Shown in pieces: positions 39,676 through 51,891 of a stretch of 64,000 bases of DNA (positions within the stretch are counted from its first letter, which is position 1; every line of letters begins with the position of its first letter). The notes below the pieces were generated by a model, which was not told the origin of the DNA, ran no database searches, and worked only from the letters and a program-made list of their open reading frames with translations. The stretch is from assembly GCF_018350175.1 (NCBI RefSeq), contig NC_058368.1, forward strand, positions 170,006,001-170,070,000, written 5' to 3'. The translations under genes and the position numbers were made by a program. Origin of the DNA: Felis catus (Eukaryota).

Positions 39676-40857
39676 CTATTGAACCCTGGACATAGCGAGA
39701 TGGGTATGGTGGTATATGAAAAGAAGGAACTGTATTTACTAATTATAAGCTGTAACTTTCTTTGGATTTATTGATATAAAAAATCCAAAACCAGTGAGAA
39801 AGGTCACTTAAAATCAACTAATAGACAGTTGCAGCCATATGTCCCAGACATGACTTTTACTGGTAAGAGCAGAATAAATTACTTGAGTAATTGCTAAACA
39901 TTACAATAGAGTTTCTAAAATTGTTGCTGTGAGTCGTTTTGTGTACTACCTTTTCATGCCCCTAAACATCCACTCAGTGATGTCAGAGGAAAGATATTTA
40001 TTTTGGGCATTTTCTTTGGCATGCCCACAAACCTTGGTGAATCTTTTGATTTACCTTTACTAAACTGCACTAGCAGAAATGCTTATTTTCATGTTTCTGC
40101 TACTCAGAATTTATTTACTATTCATCTTTTCTCTCTTTTGTCCCCTAATATATGTTTTTAATTTACAATACCCAAGTAAACCTGGCTAAAAGTCCTATAA
40201 ATATTTCATTCTCATAAGGGTAAAGGGTTTATTAGGTAATTTATGTGAGAAAGAAACTGCTTTGGTAGTTGCTAAAAGAAATCTATAGAGAATTCATAAT
40301 AAAATGAACATAGGAAGACCTGGGTTTATTTTTTCAAAATAAAAGTAAACCTAGAGTAAAAGTAGCATGGAAATATGTTTTAGGTAGAAAGGAATTTAGA
40401 CCTGAGAGAAGTTACCACTTCCCACGCTGGAGAGGCATTTAAAGATGAGTAAGAGCTGGGGAGGGTAAGTAGACATGGAATATGTTTCTCATTCTTCTTC
40501 CTCCCACAAACTTGAGAAGACTGAGAAAATAAGTAACTAGGGCTCAGAAACCATCAGCTGAACACAACAGGAGTTCCTGAGACAATCCACCTGGTGCCCA
40601 ACACACCCTGGAACTCAGAGAACATTTTGTACACTTTGAGGCAAAATTAATATGAAGAGTAAATTACAAAGAGATCCAGTTAAGTTTGTGTTAGGTTAAG
40701 TACTTACTGGAACAATTAAGGGTTAGTTATAAAGATAAATTAGAGTAATTTTTTTTTTTTTTACATTTCCATTAACTTAAAAGGTGATGCTCTGGTCCTG
40801 GAAGAGCTTGTAGAAAAGAGGGCAAAAAATGCAGAAGAAAAAAAAATTGGATTAATT

Positions 40858-41670
40858 TGTATCTTTCAGTCCTAAACCCACCCTCTGTCTGCTTTGTGAT
40901 GCTGGGGACAGGAGCACTGGAGAAAGAGCTCCAAGATGGCAAAGGAAGAAATGGATTCTTTCCATTTTCTTGCTCTTCTTGGCAGCATGGTTTCAGCAAA
41001 AGACAATGTGTTCTTGTCTCCTTTTTTCTCTGTGCCCCCAAAATCACCTTATTGTGCCCTGTCAGAGGCCCCAGCAGCAGCAGGGCAGCACCTCCCTGTC
41101 AGAGGGCTGAGTCCCACTGTGTGCAGCTCCTCTTCCATGCTTCTAGATTTAATAATCCAGCCCACTTCTTTTTCATGCCCTGGTCCTAGAGGTGGTAGTA
41201 GTTTCTTGTAAGTATTATTTCTGGTTCATTTCCATGTTCTCAGTTCTCTAACACCGTTAAAACAATTCCTTTCACTGGGGCATCTGGGTGGCTTAGTTGG
41301 TTAAACATCCAACTCTTGATTTCAGCTCAGGTCATGATCTCACAGTTTGTGAGTTTGAGCCCAACATTGGGCTCTATGCTGACAGCACAGAGCCTGCTTA
41401 GGATCCTCTCTCTCCTTCTCTCTCTCTCTCTCCTTCTCTCTCTCTCTCTCTCTCTCTCCACCTTCCCCCACTCGTGCATGCTCTCATTCACACACACCTC
41501 TCTAAATACATACATACATACATACATACATACATACATACATACTTAAATAAATAAATAAACAAACATTAAAAAATAATTTAAACACTTAGTAAAACAA
41601 TTCCTAATGTTTAAATTGTCTCTTAAAATACCAAACATTTCTGTTTTCTTGATTAGATTCTGACTGATGC
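40858..41670 (+). mobile_element. ERVL LTR (LTR33-like), interrupted by a SINE
   Basis: 'ccaccctctgtctgctttgtgatgctgggg...cctagaggtggtagtagtttcttg...aaataccaaacatttctgttttcttgattagattctgactgat'. Confidence 0.55.
41277..41580 (+). mobile_element. Can-SINE with (CT)n and (TACA)n tail
   Basis: Starts 'ggggcatctgggtggcttagttggttaa'. Flanking repeat 'taaaacaattcct'. Confidence 0.92.
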
Positions 41671-41698
41671 CACTCATTACATAAATTGTATCCATTTT

Positions 41699-42099
41699 TT
41701 TATTTTTTTATTTTTTGGAAGATATTTTTCATCGTTTTTTATTTTTTATTTTTTAAAATGTACATCCAAATTAGTTAGCATATAGTGAAACAGTGATTTC
41801 AGGAGTAGATTCCTTAGTGCCCCTTACCCATTTAGCCCATTCCCCTTCCCACAACCCCTCCAGCAACCCTCAGTTTGTTCTCCATATTTATGAGTCTCTT
41901 CTGTTTTGTCCCCCTCCCTGTTTTTACATTATTTTTGTTTCCCTTCCCTTATGTTCATCTGTTTTGTCTCTTAAAGTCTTCATACGACTGAAGTCATATG
42001 ATTTGTGTCTTTCTCTGACTAATTTCACTTAGCATAATACCTGCCAGTTCCATCCGCTTAGTTGCAAAGGGCAAGATTTCATTCTTTTTTATTGCTGAG

Positions 42100-42151
<52 letters not shown>

Positions 42152-45100
42152 CACACCACATTTTCTTTATCCATTCATCCATCGATGGACATTTGGGCTC
42201 TTTCCATACGTTGGCTATTGTTGATAGTGCTGCTATAAACATGGGGGTGCATGTGTCCCTTCAAATCAGCACACCTCTATCCTGTGGATAAATGCCTAGC
42301 AGTGCAATTGCTGGGTCATAGGGTGGTTCTAGTTTTAGTTTTTTGAGGAACCTCCATACTGTTTTCCAGAGTGGCTGCACCAGCTTGCATTCCCACCAAC
42401 AATGCAAAAGAGATCCTCTTTCTCCATATCCTCACCAACATCTGTTGTTGCCTGAGTTGTTAATGTTAGCCATTCTGACAGGTGGGAGGTGGCATCTCAT
42501 TGTGGTTTTGATTTGTATTTCCCTGATGATGAGTGATGCTGAGCATTTTTCATGTGTCGGTTGGCCATCTGGATGTCTTCCTTGGAGAAGTGTCTATTCA
42601 TGTCTTTTGCCCATTTCTTCACTGGATTATTTGTTTTTTGGGTGTTGAGTTTGATAAGTTCTTTATAGATTTTGGATACTAACCCTTTATATGATATGTC
42701 ATTTGCAAATATCTGCTCCCATTCTGTCAGTTGCCTTTTAGTTTTGCTGATTGTTTTCTTCTCTGTGCAAAAGCTTTTTATTTTGACGAGGTCCCAGTAG
42801 TTCATTTTTGCTTTTGTTTTCCTTGCCTCCGGAGATGTGTTGAGTAAGAAGTTGCTGCAGGCAAGATCAAAGAGGTTTTTGCCTGCTTTCTCCTCAAGGA
42901 TTTTGATGGCTTCCTGTCTTACATTGAGGTCTTTCATCCATTTTCAGTTTATTTTTGTGGATCGTGTAAGAAAATGGTCCAGGTTCATTCTTCTGCCTGT
43001 TGCTGTCCAGTTTTCCCAGCACCACTTGCTGAAGAGACTGTCTTTATTCCATCTGATATTCTTTCCTCCTTTGTCAAAGATTAGTTGGCCATACGTTTGT
43101 GGGTATATTTCTGGGTTCTCTATTCTGTTCCATTGATCTGAGTGTCTGTTCTTGTGCCAGTCCCATACTGTCTTGATGATTACAGCTTTGTAGTATGGCT
43201 TGAAGTCTGGGATTGTGATGCCTCCTGCTTTGGTTTTCTTTTTCAAGATTGCTTTGGCTCCTCGGGGTCTTTTCTGGTTCCATACAAATTTTAGGATTAT
43301 TTGCTCTAGCTCTGTGAATAATACTGATGTTAACTTTGATAGGGATTGCATTCAATGTGTAGATTGCTTTGTGTATTATCAACATTTTAACAATATTTGT
43401 TCTTCCTATCCAGGAGCATGGACTCTTTTTCCTTTTTTGTGTGTCTTCTTCAATTTCTTTCATAAGCTTTCTATAGTTTTCAGTGTATAGATTTGTCACC
43501 TCTTTGGTTAGATTTATTCCTAGGTATTTTATGGTTTTTTGTGCAACTATAAATGGGATCGACTTCTTGATTTCTCTTTCTGTCACTTCATTGTTGGTGT
43601 ATAGGAATGCAACTGATTTCTGTGCATTGATTTCATATCCTGCAACTTTGCTGAATTCATGAATCAATTCTTGCAGTTTTTGGTGGAATCTTTTGGGTTT
43701 TCCATATGGAGTATCATGTCATCTGTGAAGAGTGAAAGTTTGACCTCCTCCTGGCTGTTTTGGATGCTTTTATTTCTTTGTGTTGTCTGATTGCAGAGGC
43801 TAAGACTTCCAATACTATGTTGAATAACAGTGGTGAGAGCAGACATCCCTGTCTTATTCCTGACCTTAGGGGGAAAGCTCTCACTTTTTCCCCACTGAGG
43901 ATGATATTAGTGTTGGGTCATTCATATATGGCTTTTATGATCTCAAGGTATGCTCCTTCTATCCCTACTTTCTTGAGGGTTTTTATCAAGAAAGGATGCT
44001 GTATTTTGTTAAATGCTTTCTCCGCATCTGTTGAGAGGATCGTATGGTTCTTGTCCTTTCTTTTATTGATGTGATGAATCACATTAATTGTTTTGCAGAT
44101 ATTGAACCAGCCCTGCATCCCAGGTATAAATCCCATTTGGTCGCAGTGAATAATTTTTTTAATATTTTGTTGGATCCGGTTGGCTAATATCTTGTTGAGG
44201 ATTTTTGCGTCCATGTTCATTAGGGAAATTACTCTCCTTTTTAGTGGGGTCTCTGTCTAGTTTTGGAATCAAGGTAATGCTGGCTTCATAGAAAGAAATT
44301 GGAAGTTTTCCTTCCATTTCTAGTTTTTGGAACAGTTTCAAGAGAATAGGTGTTAACTCTTCCTTAAATGTTTGGTAGAATTCCCCTGGAAAGTCATCTG
44401 GTCCTGGACTTTAGTTTTTTGGCAGATTTTTGATTACTAATTCGATTTCCTTACTGGTTATGGGTCTGTTCAAATTTTCTATTTCTTCCTGCTTCAGTTT
44501 TGGTAGTGTATATGTTTCTAGGAATTTGTCCATTTCTTCCAGATTACCCATATTATTGGTATATAATTGCTCATAATATTCTCTTCTTATTGTTTTTATT
44601 TCCGTTGTGTTGGTTGTGATCTCTCCTCTTTCATTCCTGATTTTATTTATTTGGGTCCTTTCCTTTTTCTTCTTGATCAAACTGGCTAGTGGTTTATCAA
44701 TTTTTGTTAATTCTTTCAAAGAACCAGCTTCTGGTTTCATTGATCTGTTCTACTGGTTTGTTTGGTTTTGATAGCATTAATTTCTGCTCTAATCTTTATT
44801 ATTTTCTGTCTTCTGCTGGTTTTGGGTTTTATTTGCTGTTCTTTTTCCAGCTCCTGAAGGTGTAAGGTAGGTTGTGTATCTGATATCTTTCTTCCTTCTT
44901 TAGAAAGGACAGGATTGCTATATACTTTCCTCTTATGTCCGCCTTTGCTGCATCCCAGAGGTTTTGGGTTGTGGTGTTATCATTTTCATTGACTTCCATA
45001 TACTTTTTAATTTCCTGTTTAACTGTTTGGTTAACCCATTCATTCTTTAGTAGGATGTTCTTTAGTCTCCAAGTATTTGTTACATTTTCCAAATTTTTTC

Positions 45101-48100
45101 TTGTGGTTGATTTCAAGTTTCACAGCATTGTGGTCTGAAAATATGCATGGTATCATCTCGATCTTTCTGTACTTTCTTAGGGCTGATTTGTGTCCCAGTA
45201 TATGGTCTATTCTGGAAATGTTCCATGTGCACTGGAGAAGAATGTATATTCTGCTGCTTTAGGATGAAATGTTCTGAATATATCTGTTAAGTCCATCTGG
45301 TCCAGTGTGTCATTCAAAGCCTTTGTTTCCTTGTTGATTTTTTGATTATATATTCTGTCCATTGTTGTGAGTGGGGTGTTGAAGTCTCCTACTATTATAG
45401 TATTACTACTGATGAGTTTCTTTATGTTTGTGATTAATTGATTTATATATTTGGGTGTTGCCACATTTGGTGCATAAATGTTTACAATTGTTGGGTCTTC
45501 TTGGTGGATGGACCCTCTTGATTATGATATAATGCCTTTCTGCATCTCTTGATACAGTATTTTAAGTCTAGATTGTCTGATATAAGTATGGCTATTCTGG
45601 CTTTCTTTTGTTGACCATTAGCATGATAGATGGTTCTCCATCCCCTTATTTTCAATCTAAAGGTGTTTTTAGGTCTAAAGTGGGTCTCTTGTAAATAACA
45701 TATAGATGGATCTTGTTTTCTTATCCATTATTACCCTATGTCTTTTGATTGGAGTATTGAGTCCATTGACGTTTAGAGTACTGAAAGATATGAATTTATT
45801 GCCATTATGATGCTTGTAGAGTTGGAGTTTCTGGTGGTGTTCTCTGGTCCTTTCTAATCTTTTGTTGCTTTTGGTGTGTATGTATGTATGTATATATTTA
45901 TTTATTTATAAATATTTTCATCTTTTCTCCCCTCAGAGAGTCCCCCTTAATATTTCTTGCAGGGCTGGTTTAGTGGTCACAAACCCCTTTAATTTTTGTT
46001 TGTCTGGGAAACGTGTTATCTCTCCTTCTATTTTGAATGACAGCCTTGCTGGATAAAGAATTCTTGGCTGCATATTTTTCTGATTCAGTACATTGAATAT
46101 ATGCTGCCACTCCTTTCTGGCTTGCCAAGTTTCTGTGGATAGGTCTGCTGCAAACCTGATCTGTCTTCCCTTGTAGGTTAGGGACTTTTTTTCCCTTGCT
46201 GCTTTCATGATTCTTTCCTTGCCTGAATATTGTGTGAATTTGACCGTGATATGCCTTGTTGATGATCAGTTTTTATTGAATCTAATGGGGGTCTTCTGTG
46301 CTTCCTGGATTTTGATGTCTGTGTCTTTCCCCAGGTTAGGAAAGTTTTCTGCTATGATTTGCTCACATAGCCCTTCTACTTCTATTTCTCTCTCTTCCTC
46401 TTTTGGGACCCCTATGATTCTGATGTTGTTCCTTTTTAATGAGTCACTGATTTCTCTAATTCTTAAATCGTGCTCTTTTGCCTTAATCTCCCTCTTTTTT
46501 TTCTGCTTCGTTATTCTCTGTCCTCTATACCGCTGATTCTCTGTTCTGCCTCATCCATCCTTACCGCTGCTGCATCCATCTGTGATTGCAGCTCAGTTAT
46601 AGCATTTTTAATTTCATTCAGGCTATTTTTTACTTCTTTTATCTCTGCAGAAAGGGATTCTAATCTATTTTCAACTCCAGCTAGTATTCTTATTATCGTG
46701 ATTCTAAATTCTGTTTCAGACATCTTGCTTGTATCTGTGTTGGTTAAATCCCTGGCTGTCGTTTCCTCGTGCTCTTTCTTTTGGGGTGAATTCCTTCGTT
46801 TTGTCATTTTGAAGGGAGAAAAAGAATTAATGAGGTAGAAAAATTAAAATTAAAGAAATTAAACTTAAAAATATTCAAATTAAAAATTATAAACACACAC
46901 ACACAAAAATCTAATAGATGATGCTAGATCCTAGTTGTGTTTTGGTCTGGGTGTTGAAAGTGGTTTGACAGATTAGAGAATAAAAAGGGGGGGGGGAGGA
47001 AGGAAATCTGTTGAGAATTTTAAAAAATGAATACACTGAAGTAGACTAAAATGAGATGATGGGGGTAAAATAGAATTTGAAGAAATATACACAAAAGTAA
47101 AGAATATAGTAGAAAAAAATTTAAAGAAAAATATTTTTAATAGAAAATAAAAATATGAATTTTTCATTTTCTGTATTTAGAAAAAAAGAAACAAAAAAGA
47201 AAAAAGATTAAAAAAAGAAATCGTTTGAAAATTTGAAAAAGTGAATACATTGTAGTAGACTAAAATAAAATGATGGAAGTAAAATAGAATTTGAAAAAAT
47301 TTATATAAAAGTAAAAAATATGGTAATAAAATTTAAAAATATTAATAGAAATTGAAAATGAAAATGAGGTTTTTCTCTTTCTGCATTCAAGAAAAAGAAA
47401 AGAAATGAAAAAGAGAAAAAAAGAAAAAGAAAAAAGGAAACTGAAAATTTGAAAAGGTGAGTACACTGAAGTAGACTAAAATAAAATGATCGAAGCAAAG
47501 TAGAATTTGAAATTTACACAAAGGTAAAAAATATAGTAATAAAAGAAAGATATTTTTAATAAAAATTGAAAATAAAAATGTATTTTTTCTCTTTCTGCAT
47601 TCAAGAAAAAGAAAAGAATTGTAAAAGAGAAAAAGGAAAATGAAAAATAAAAAGGAAAGAAAATTGAATAGATGAACCTACTAACAGATTGAAGTAGGAC
47701 TGAAATTGCTTTTTTCCCCTAGAAGTCAGTCTATGTAGCTCTTTACAGTCCATGAATTAAGCCAGTGATGAGACTTGTGTTCTTGAAGAGCGAAGTTGGC
47801 CCAGTTGGGCAGGACTCGGTGTAACAGCTCCGCTCTCCCCTAGATGGCGCTGCTGGCCTACTGGGGTGAATTGTTGCAGTGCTTGTTGGCGTGCATGTGC
47901 GTGCGTGGGGGCGCTGAAAAATGGCGCCACCCAGCCACCCAATCTGTTCTCCTGGATCAGCAGTCGCACACCAGTCCTCCGTCCTCAGCTCTCATCCACT
48001 CCCTGCTTTTCCATTCTCCCTGAGCAGGCCCCAGGCAGCACCTCTCTCCCAAGTTTTATCTCAGATGCGGCTGTTTTCCCTGGCGCCTTACTTCTGAAGG

Positions 48101-48941
48101 ACTGCGCCCTTGACCCGCTCCGCCCTCTGTGGGAGGGTCTCACTGAGCAATGGCCGAATGAGTAGTGGCCAAGTATCGGCTGCACCCAGGTATGCTCGCT
48201 GGGCCCTGTTGTTGCCAGTGCCGAGACTGCGGCCAGGTGCCATCCTGTCCCAGAAAATGCTCATGAGATAGTGTAGCAGCAGCACCTCAGGGATTATGGA
48301 AAATCACAACACACATCTGGCACCAGGCTTCACCTTTAACAATCTTGTTCCAGCACCAGCAAATGTGGCCGCCTTCTGCGGTCTGCTGGGACCAGGTGGC
48401 TCCAACAGTCTCTACCAAATGTCCTTCCAGCAGTGGAACCGCTTCTCCCTGTGTGGCCCTAGAACCTCCCGGACCCCACTCTGCTCCTGAGGATTCGCCC
48501 TTCCCACCAGAGCACCACCAGGTATCAAGCTGCAGAGTTGCAGCCTTTGTGCTCCCCTTGTTTACAGTCTTAATGGAATTTAAACCCTCCCCTTTCTCCC
48601 TTTTTAGTTTAGTCCCTGTGGCTATTTACAATTTTCTACTTTCTCTCCAGCTGCTTTTGGGGAGGGGTGCTTGTTCCGTATCCCCCTGCCTCCCCAGTCT
48701 CTGTCCTCTCTCCACCCGCATAAGCGGTTCCCTACCTATTGCGGCTTCTCGCTCCCCAACTTCAGCTCTCTGCGCCACGTACCTGCTGAATTCTGTGGTT
48801 CAGTTTGTGCAGATTGTTGTGTTAATCCTCCAATCAGTTTTCTAGGTGTGCAGGATTGTTTAGTGTTGGTCTGACTGTATTTCATGGATGCAAGACACAC
48901 AAAAAGCTTCCATGCTATTCTGCCATCTTGGCTCCTCCCCC
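41699..48941 (-). mobile_element. Full-length feline L1 (L1_Fc-like), ~7.2 kb, ORFs broken
   Basis: 5' end 'ggggaggagccaagatggca' (YY1 site), GC-rich 5'UTR 47750-48941, ORF1 from 46807 (MTKRRNSPQKKEHEE...QEILRGTL, about 45933), ORF2 from about 45805 to 41994 split over many frames. TSD 'tgtaYccatttt' at 41687-41698 and 48942-48953. Confidence 0.97.
47009..47670. repeat. Three ~215-bp A-rich tandem units between the L1 CpG promoter and ORF1
   Basis: Unit head 'gaaaatttgaaaaagtgaatacactgaagtagactaaaat' recurs at about 47011, 47227 and 47443. Confidence 0.85.
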
Positions 48942-48944
48942 TGT

Positions 48945-49050
48945 ACCCATTTTATAGATGAATAAACTGAAGCTCCACTGGGTTCAGTGACATACCCAGT
49001 GCTTCATAGCTAGTAGGGGGCATAGCTAGAATGTGAACCCAGATCTATGA
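48945..49050 (-). mobile_element. MIR remnant (target of the L1 insertion)
   Basis: 'cccattttatagatgaataaactgaagctc...agtgacatacccagtgcttcatagctagtag...tgaacccagatct'. Confidence 0.75.
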
Positions 49051-49281
49051 ACCCCAGCCTTTGCTAAAATTTAAGGATATACAAGGAAAACCAAGAGAGA
49101 GATGTGTTCCTAGATTCTATGAATTTTAAAGTATAAGAAAAAAGAATTTTAGAGAATAATTTAAGAATAAAGGTATAAGCATTCTGATTAATCATCTCTT
49201 TCTCTATATATTTATACGTGTGTGTATATTCTTTGCTCCCTTACAAATCTCCACTACTGTGATAGAAAAAGAATTACTTTT

Positions 49282-49501
49282 ATTTAAAATATTTTTAATG
49301 TTTATTCATTTTTGAGCAACAAAGTGATACTTAGCATGAGTGAGGGAGGGGCAGAGAGAGAGGGAGACACAGAATCCGAAGCAGGCTCCAGGCTCTGAGC
49401 TGTCAGCACAGAGCCCGATGTGGGGCTTGAACTCACAAACTGCGAGATCATGACCTGAACCAAAGTCGGATGCTCAACTGACTGAGCCACCCAGGCACCC
49501 C
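49282..49501 (-). mobile_element. Can-SINE
   Basis: Ends 'ctgagccacccaggcacccc'. TSD 'agaattactttt'. Confidence 0.95.
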
Positions 49502-50302
49502 AGAATTACTTTTTTTAAAGGCATAAATCCATAAGGAGAAAAGAAGATAACACATTGGTAATACGAAGAAAAACGTGGAAGTTAGAAAACAGGTGAACAA
49601 TTGGGAACAGACTAAGCAGGGCAGAAAAATAAGTAAATGACCCTAAGTCTACAGTGAGGAAGCCCTAAGGCAGACCAGTCAGTGCCCCAGAGAAGGAACA
49701 GTACAGAAATTGGAAGCAGGAGGCTTCTACGAAAGTGGTTCTGAAACAGCAGGATTTGCTGAAATTCTTGAAGGTAGCAGTGAGATGTCCAGAGTCCCTC
49801 CCCACAGCTCACGGCCCAGTGGTTCCCTCTCTTACAAATCATCAGAAAAGTTGACTTAAAAGGGCAGTCTAGAAAGGCTGCTATCACTGAGGGACTGATG
49901 GAGAGAGTAGTTTGGTAGGAAGGATGGTAGAAAATTGAGACCTCCGTGGATAGGAGTGAGTGATAAGGAGCTCTTCAAGGAGGATAGTGAATAGCTGATA
50001 GAGGAAGATTTTGAAAGGGGTGAAATTCAGGGAAAGGAGACTGTAGGAGAGATTTCTTTTCACATGTGGAGAAAGCACATATTAATGAAGGTATTTGGAA
50101 AGGTGCATTGGGAGGTATTATATCTGAGAACTGACTTACTCTATGTAAGAGGAGACAAGGATGACACAAAGGGTTTGGGAAGAGCAACATAGATTTGAAA
50201 CGGCCCTATAGGGAATCATAATAAAAACACCCTTCCCACCTTCCATTTTTCTACTACATGTTATTGTTATCTTAAAGATTGACACTGTAAGTTCACATAA
50301 TA

Positions 50303-50830
50303 TGGGTCACAAACTTGTGGCCCATATGTCAAATTTAACCCCAAATTATATGATTTTTTTTTTTAAAATTAGTTGCCACCATCTTAAAATTAAGCAACTT
50401 TTATTTCATTATTTTCTTAAGTTTTTTTTTTTTTAATGTTTATTTTTGAGAGAGAGAGACAGAGAGTAAGCGGGGAGGGGCAGACAGAGAAGGAGACAAA
50501 GATTCTGAAGCAAGTTCTAGGCTCTGAGCTGTCAACACAGAGCCCGAGGCGGGGCTCCAACCCACAAACCGTGAGATCATGACCTGAGCCAAAGTCAGAT
50601 GCTCAACTGACTGAGCCACCCAGGTACCCCTAGCAACTTTTATTTTAAAAAATAATCCTATTTGAGAACTTCTTCTGGAAAGACTGTATGATCCTGTATT
50701 ACTGACCATACATTGCAGAGTGTAGCCGAGTGCTAGGAACTTTCTTTATATAGCGTAGGTATTCCATAGCCCCTTTCACTTATTTCTGTTACCTTCTGGA
50801 GCTGGTAGGCATTTGAGTTTAATATCCCTG
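50303..50830. mobile_element. hAT-Charlie fossil (MER102-like), interrupted by a SINE
   Basis: Termini 'gggtcacaaacttgtggccc' and 'ggtaggcatttgagtttaatatccctg'. Confidence 0.5.
50407..50630 (-). mobile_element. Can-SINE
   Basis: Ends 'ctgagccacccaggtacccc'. TSD 'agcaacttttattt'. Confidence 0.95.
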
Positions 50831-51269
50831 ATAAGCTAACTGTCTCTTGAGTATCAGCAAGTCAGCTGTGTGAAATTGAGGTGTGATTATTATCTATATT
50901 TTTCAGAAAAGGAATGTAAGCCATCACAGGAATCCCAACCCAATACTCTTACCCATAGATTGAGAGCTTCAGAGGAAGTGAAGTGCCTTTTAAAAAATGA
51001 CTTCTAACTGGATGAATCCCTCTGGTAAGTGTTACTGTGCCTTCCAGGACCATCCACATCCATCCTCATAAACTCATCTTGCAAAGTAAAACCACTGTCA
51101 ATCAGGGGTCTCCTTTGGTATGTGCTAAAGACCAAATCATTCTGAGATATCTGGCCCCTCCATATATTTGTATATCTACTATAGTATTTCAATTTCAAGT
51201 TTCTGACATACAGTTTGATGTGGTGTTGATTGACTATGAAATACAAATCCAAGCAAGTGCCTTACTTCT

Positions 51270-51275
51270 TTTATT
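51270..51275 (-). terminator. TMEM232: Candidate TMEM232 polyadenylation signal AATAAA
   Basis: First minus-strand AATAAA I found downstream of the stop codon (about 420 nt), followed by GU/U-rich 'ttggatttgtatttc'. Confidence 0.5.
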
Positions 51276-51696
51276 TGTATAATAAGTAATATAGGGGTAT
51301 CAGTTGGTGCTCATTCTGTTTTCAAGAAATAATCCTTAAATGTGACTAATAATTTGTAATTCACTTCCATCTAACCGTCCGGTGAAAAATCAATACTCTG
51401 AGAATCATGGATTAAATATGCTATATGATCACAAGAAAAAAGTCAATTAGGAAAAGCTCTAGCCGTGTTCTTGAAAAAGTTTAACTAATAAAATCACTTC
51501 ACTCAAATGTGATTAAGAGCTGCTAATTTAGGACTAAGATAGAACTATTAAAGAGTCTACACCAGGATAACAACTCCTAAGAAATGGCTTCCAATTAATT
51601 AGAAGAAATTTTTCCTAATATCTAGCTATCTTGATCTCTTTCATGCAATGAATTTCTGGCATTATGGACTTCAATTTGGGGCGGGGGTGGGGGGGG

Positions 51697-51891
<195 letters not shown>

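Noticed and set aside
41994..46807. An active L1 encoding intact ORF1p/ORF2p
   Set aside because: Both ORFs are broken into many frames by stops and frameshifts.
51004..51282. 82-aa and 81-aa ORFs just downstream of TMEM232 as extra exons
   Set aside because: They lie at or beyond the candidate polyA signal, start at non-ATG codons, and resemble no protein I recognise.
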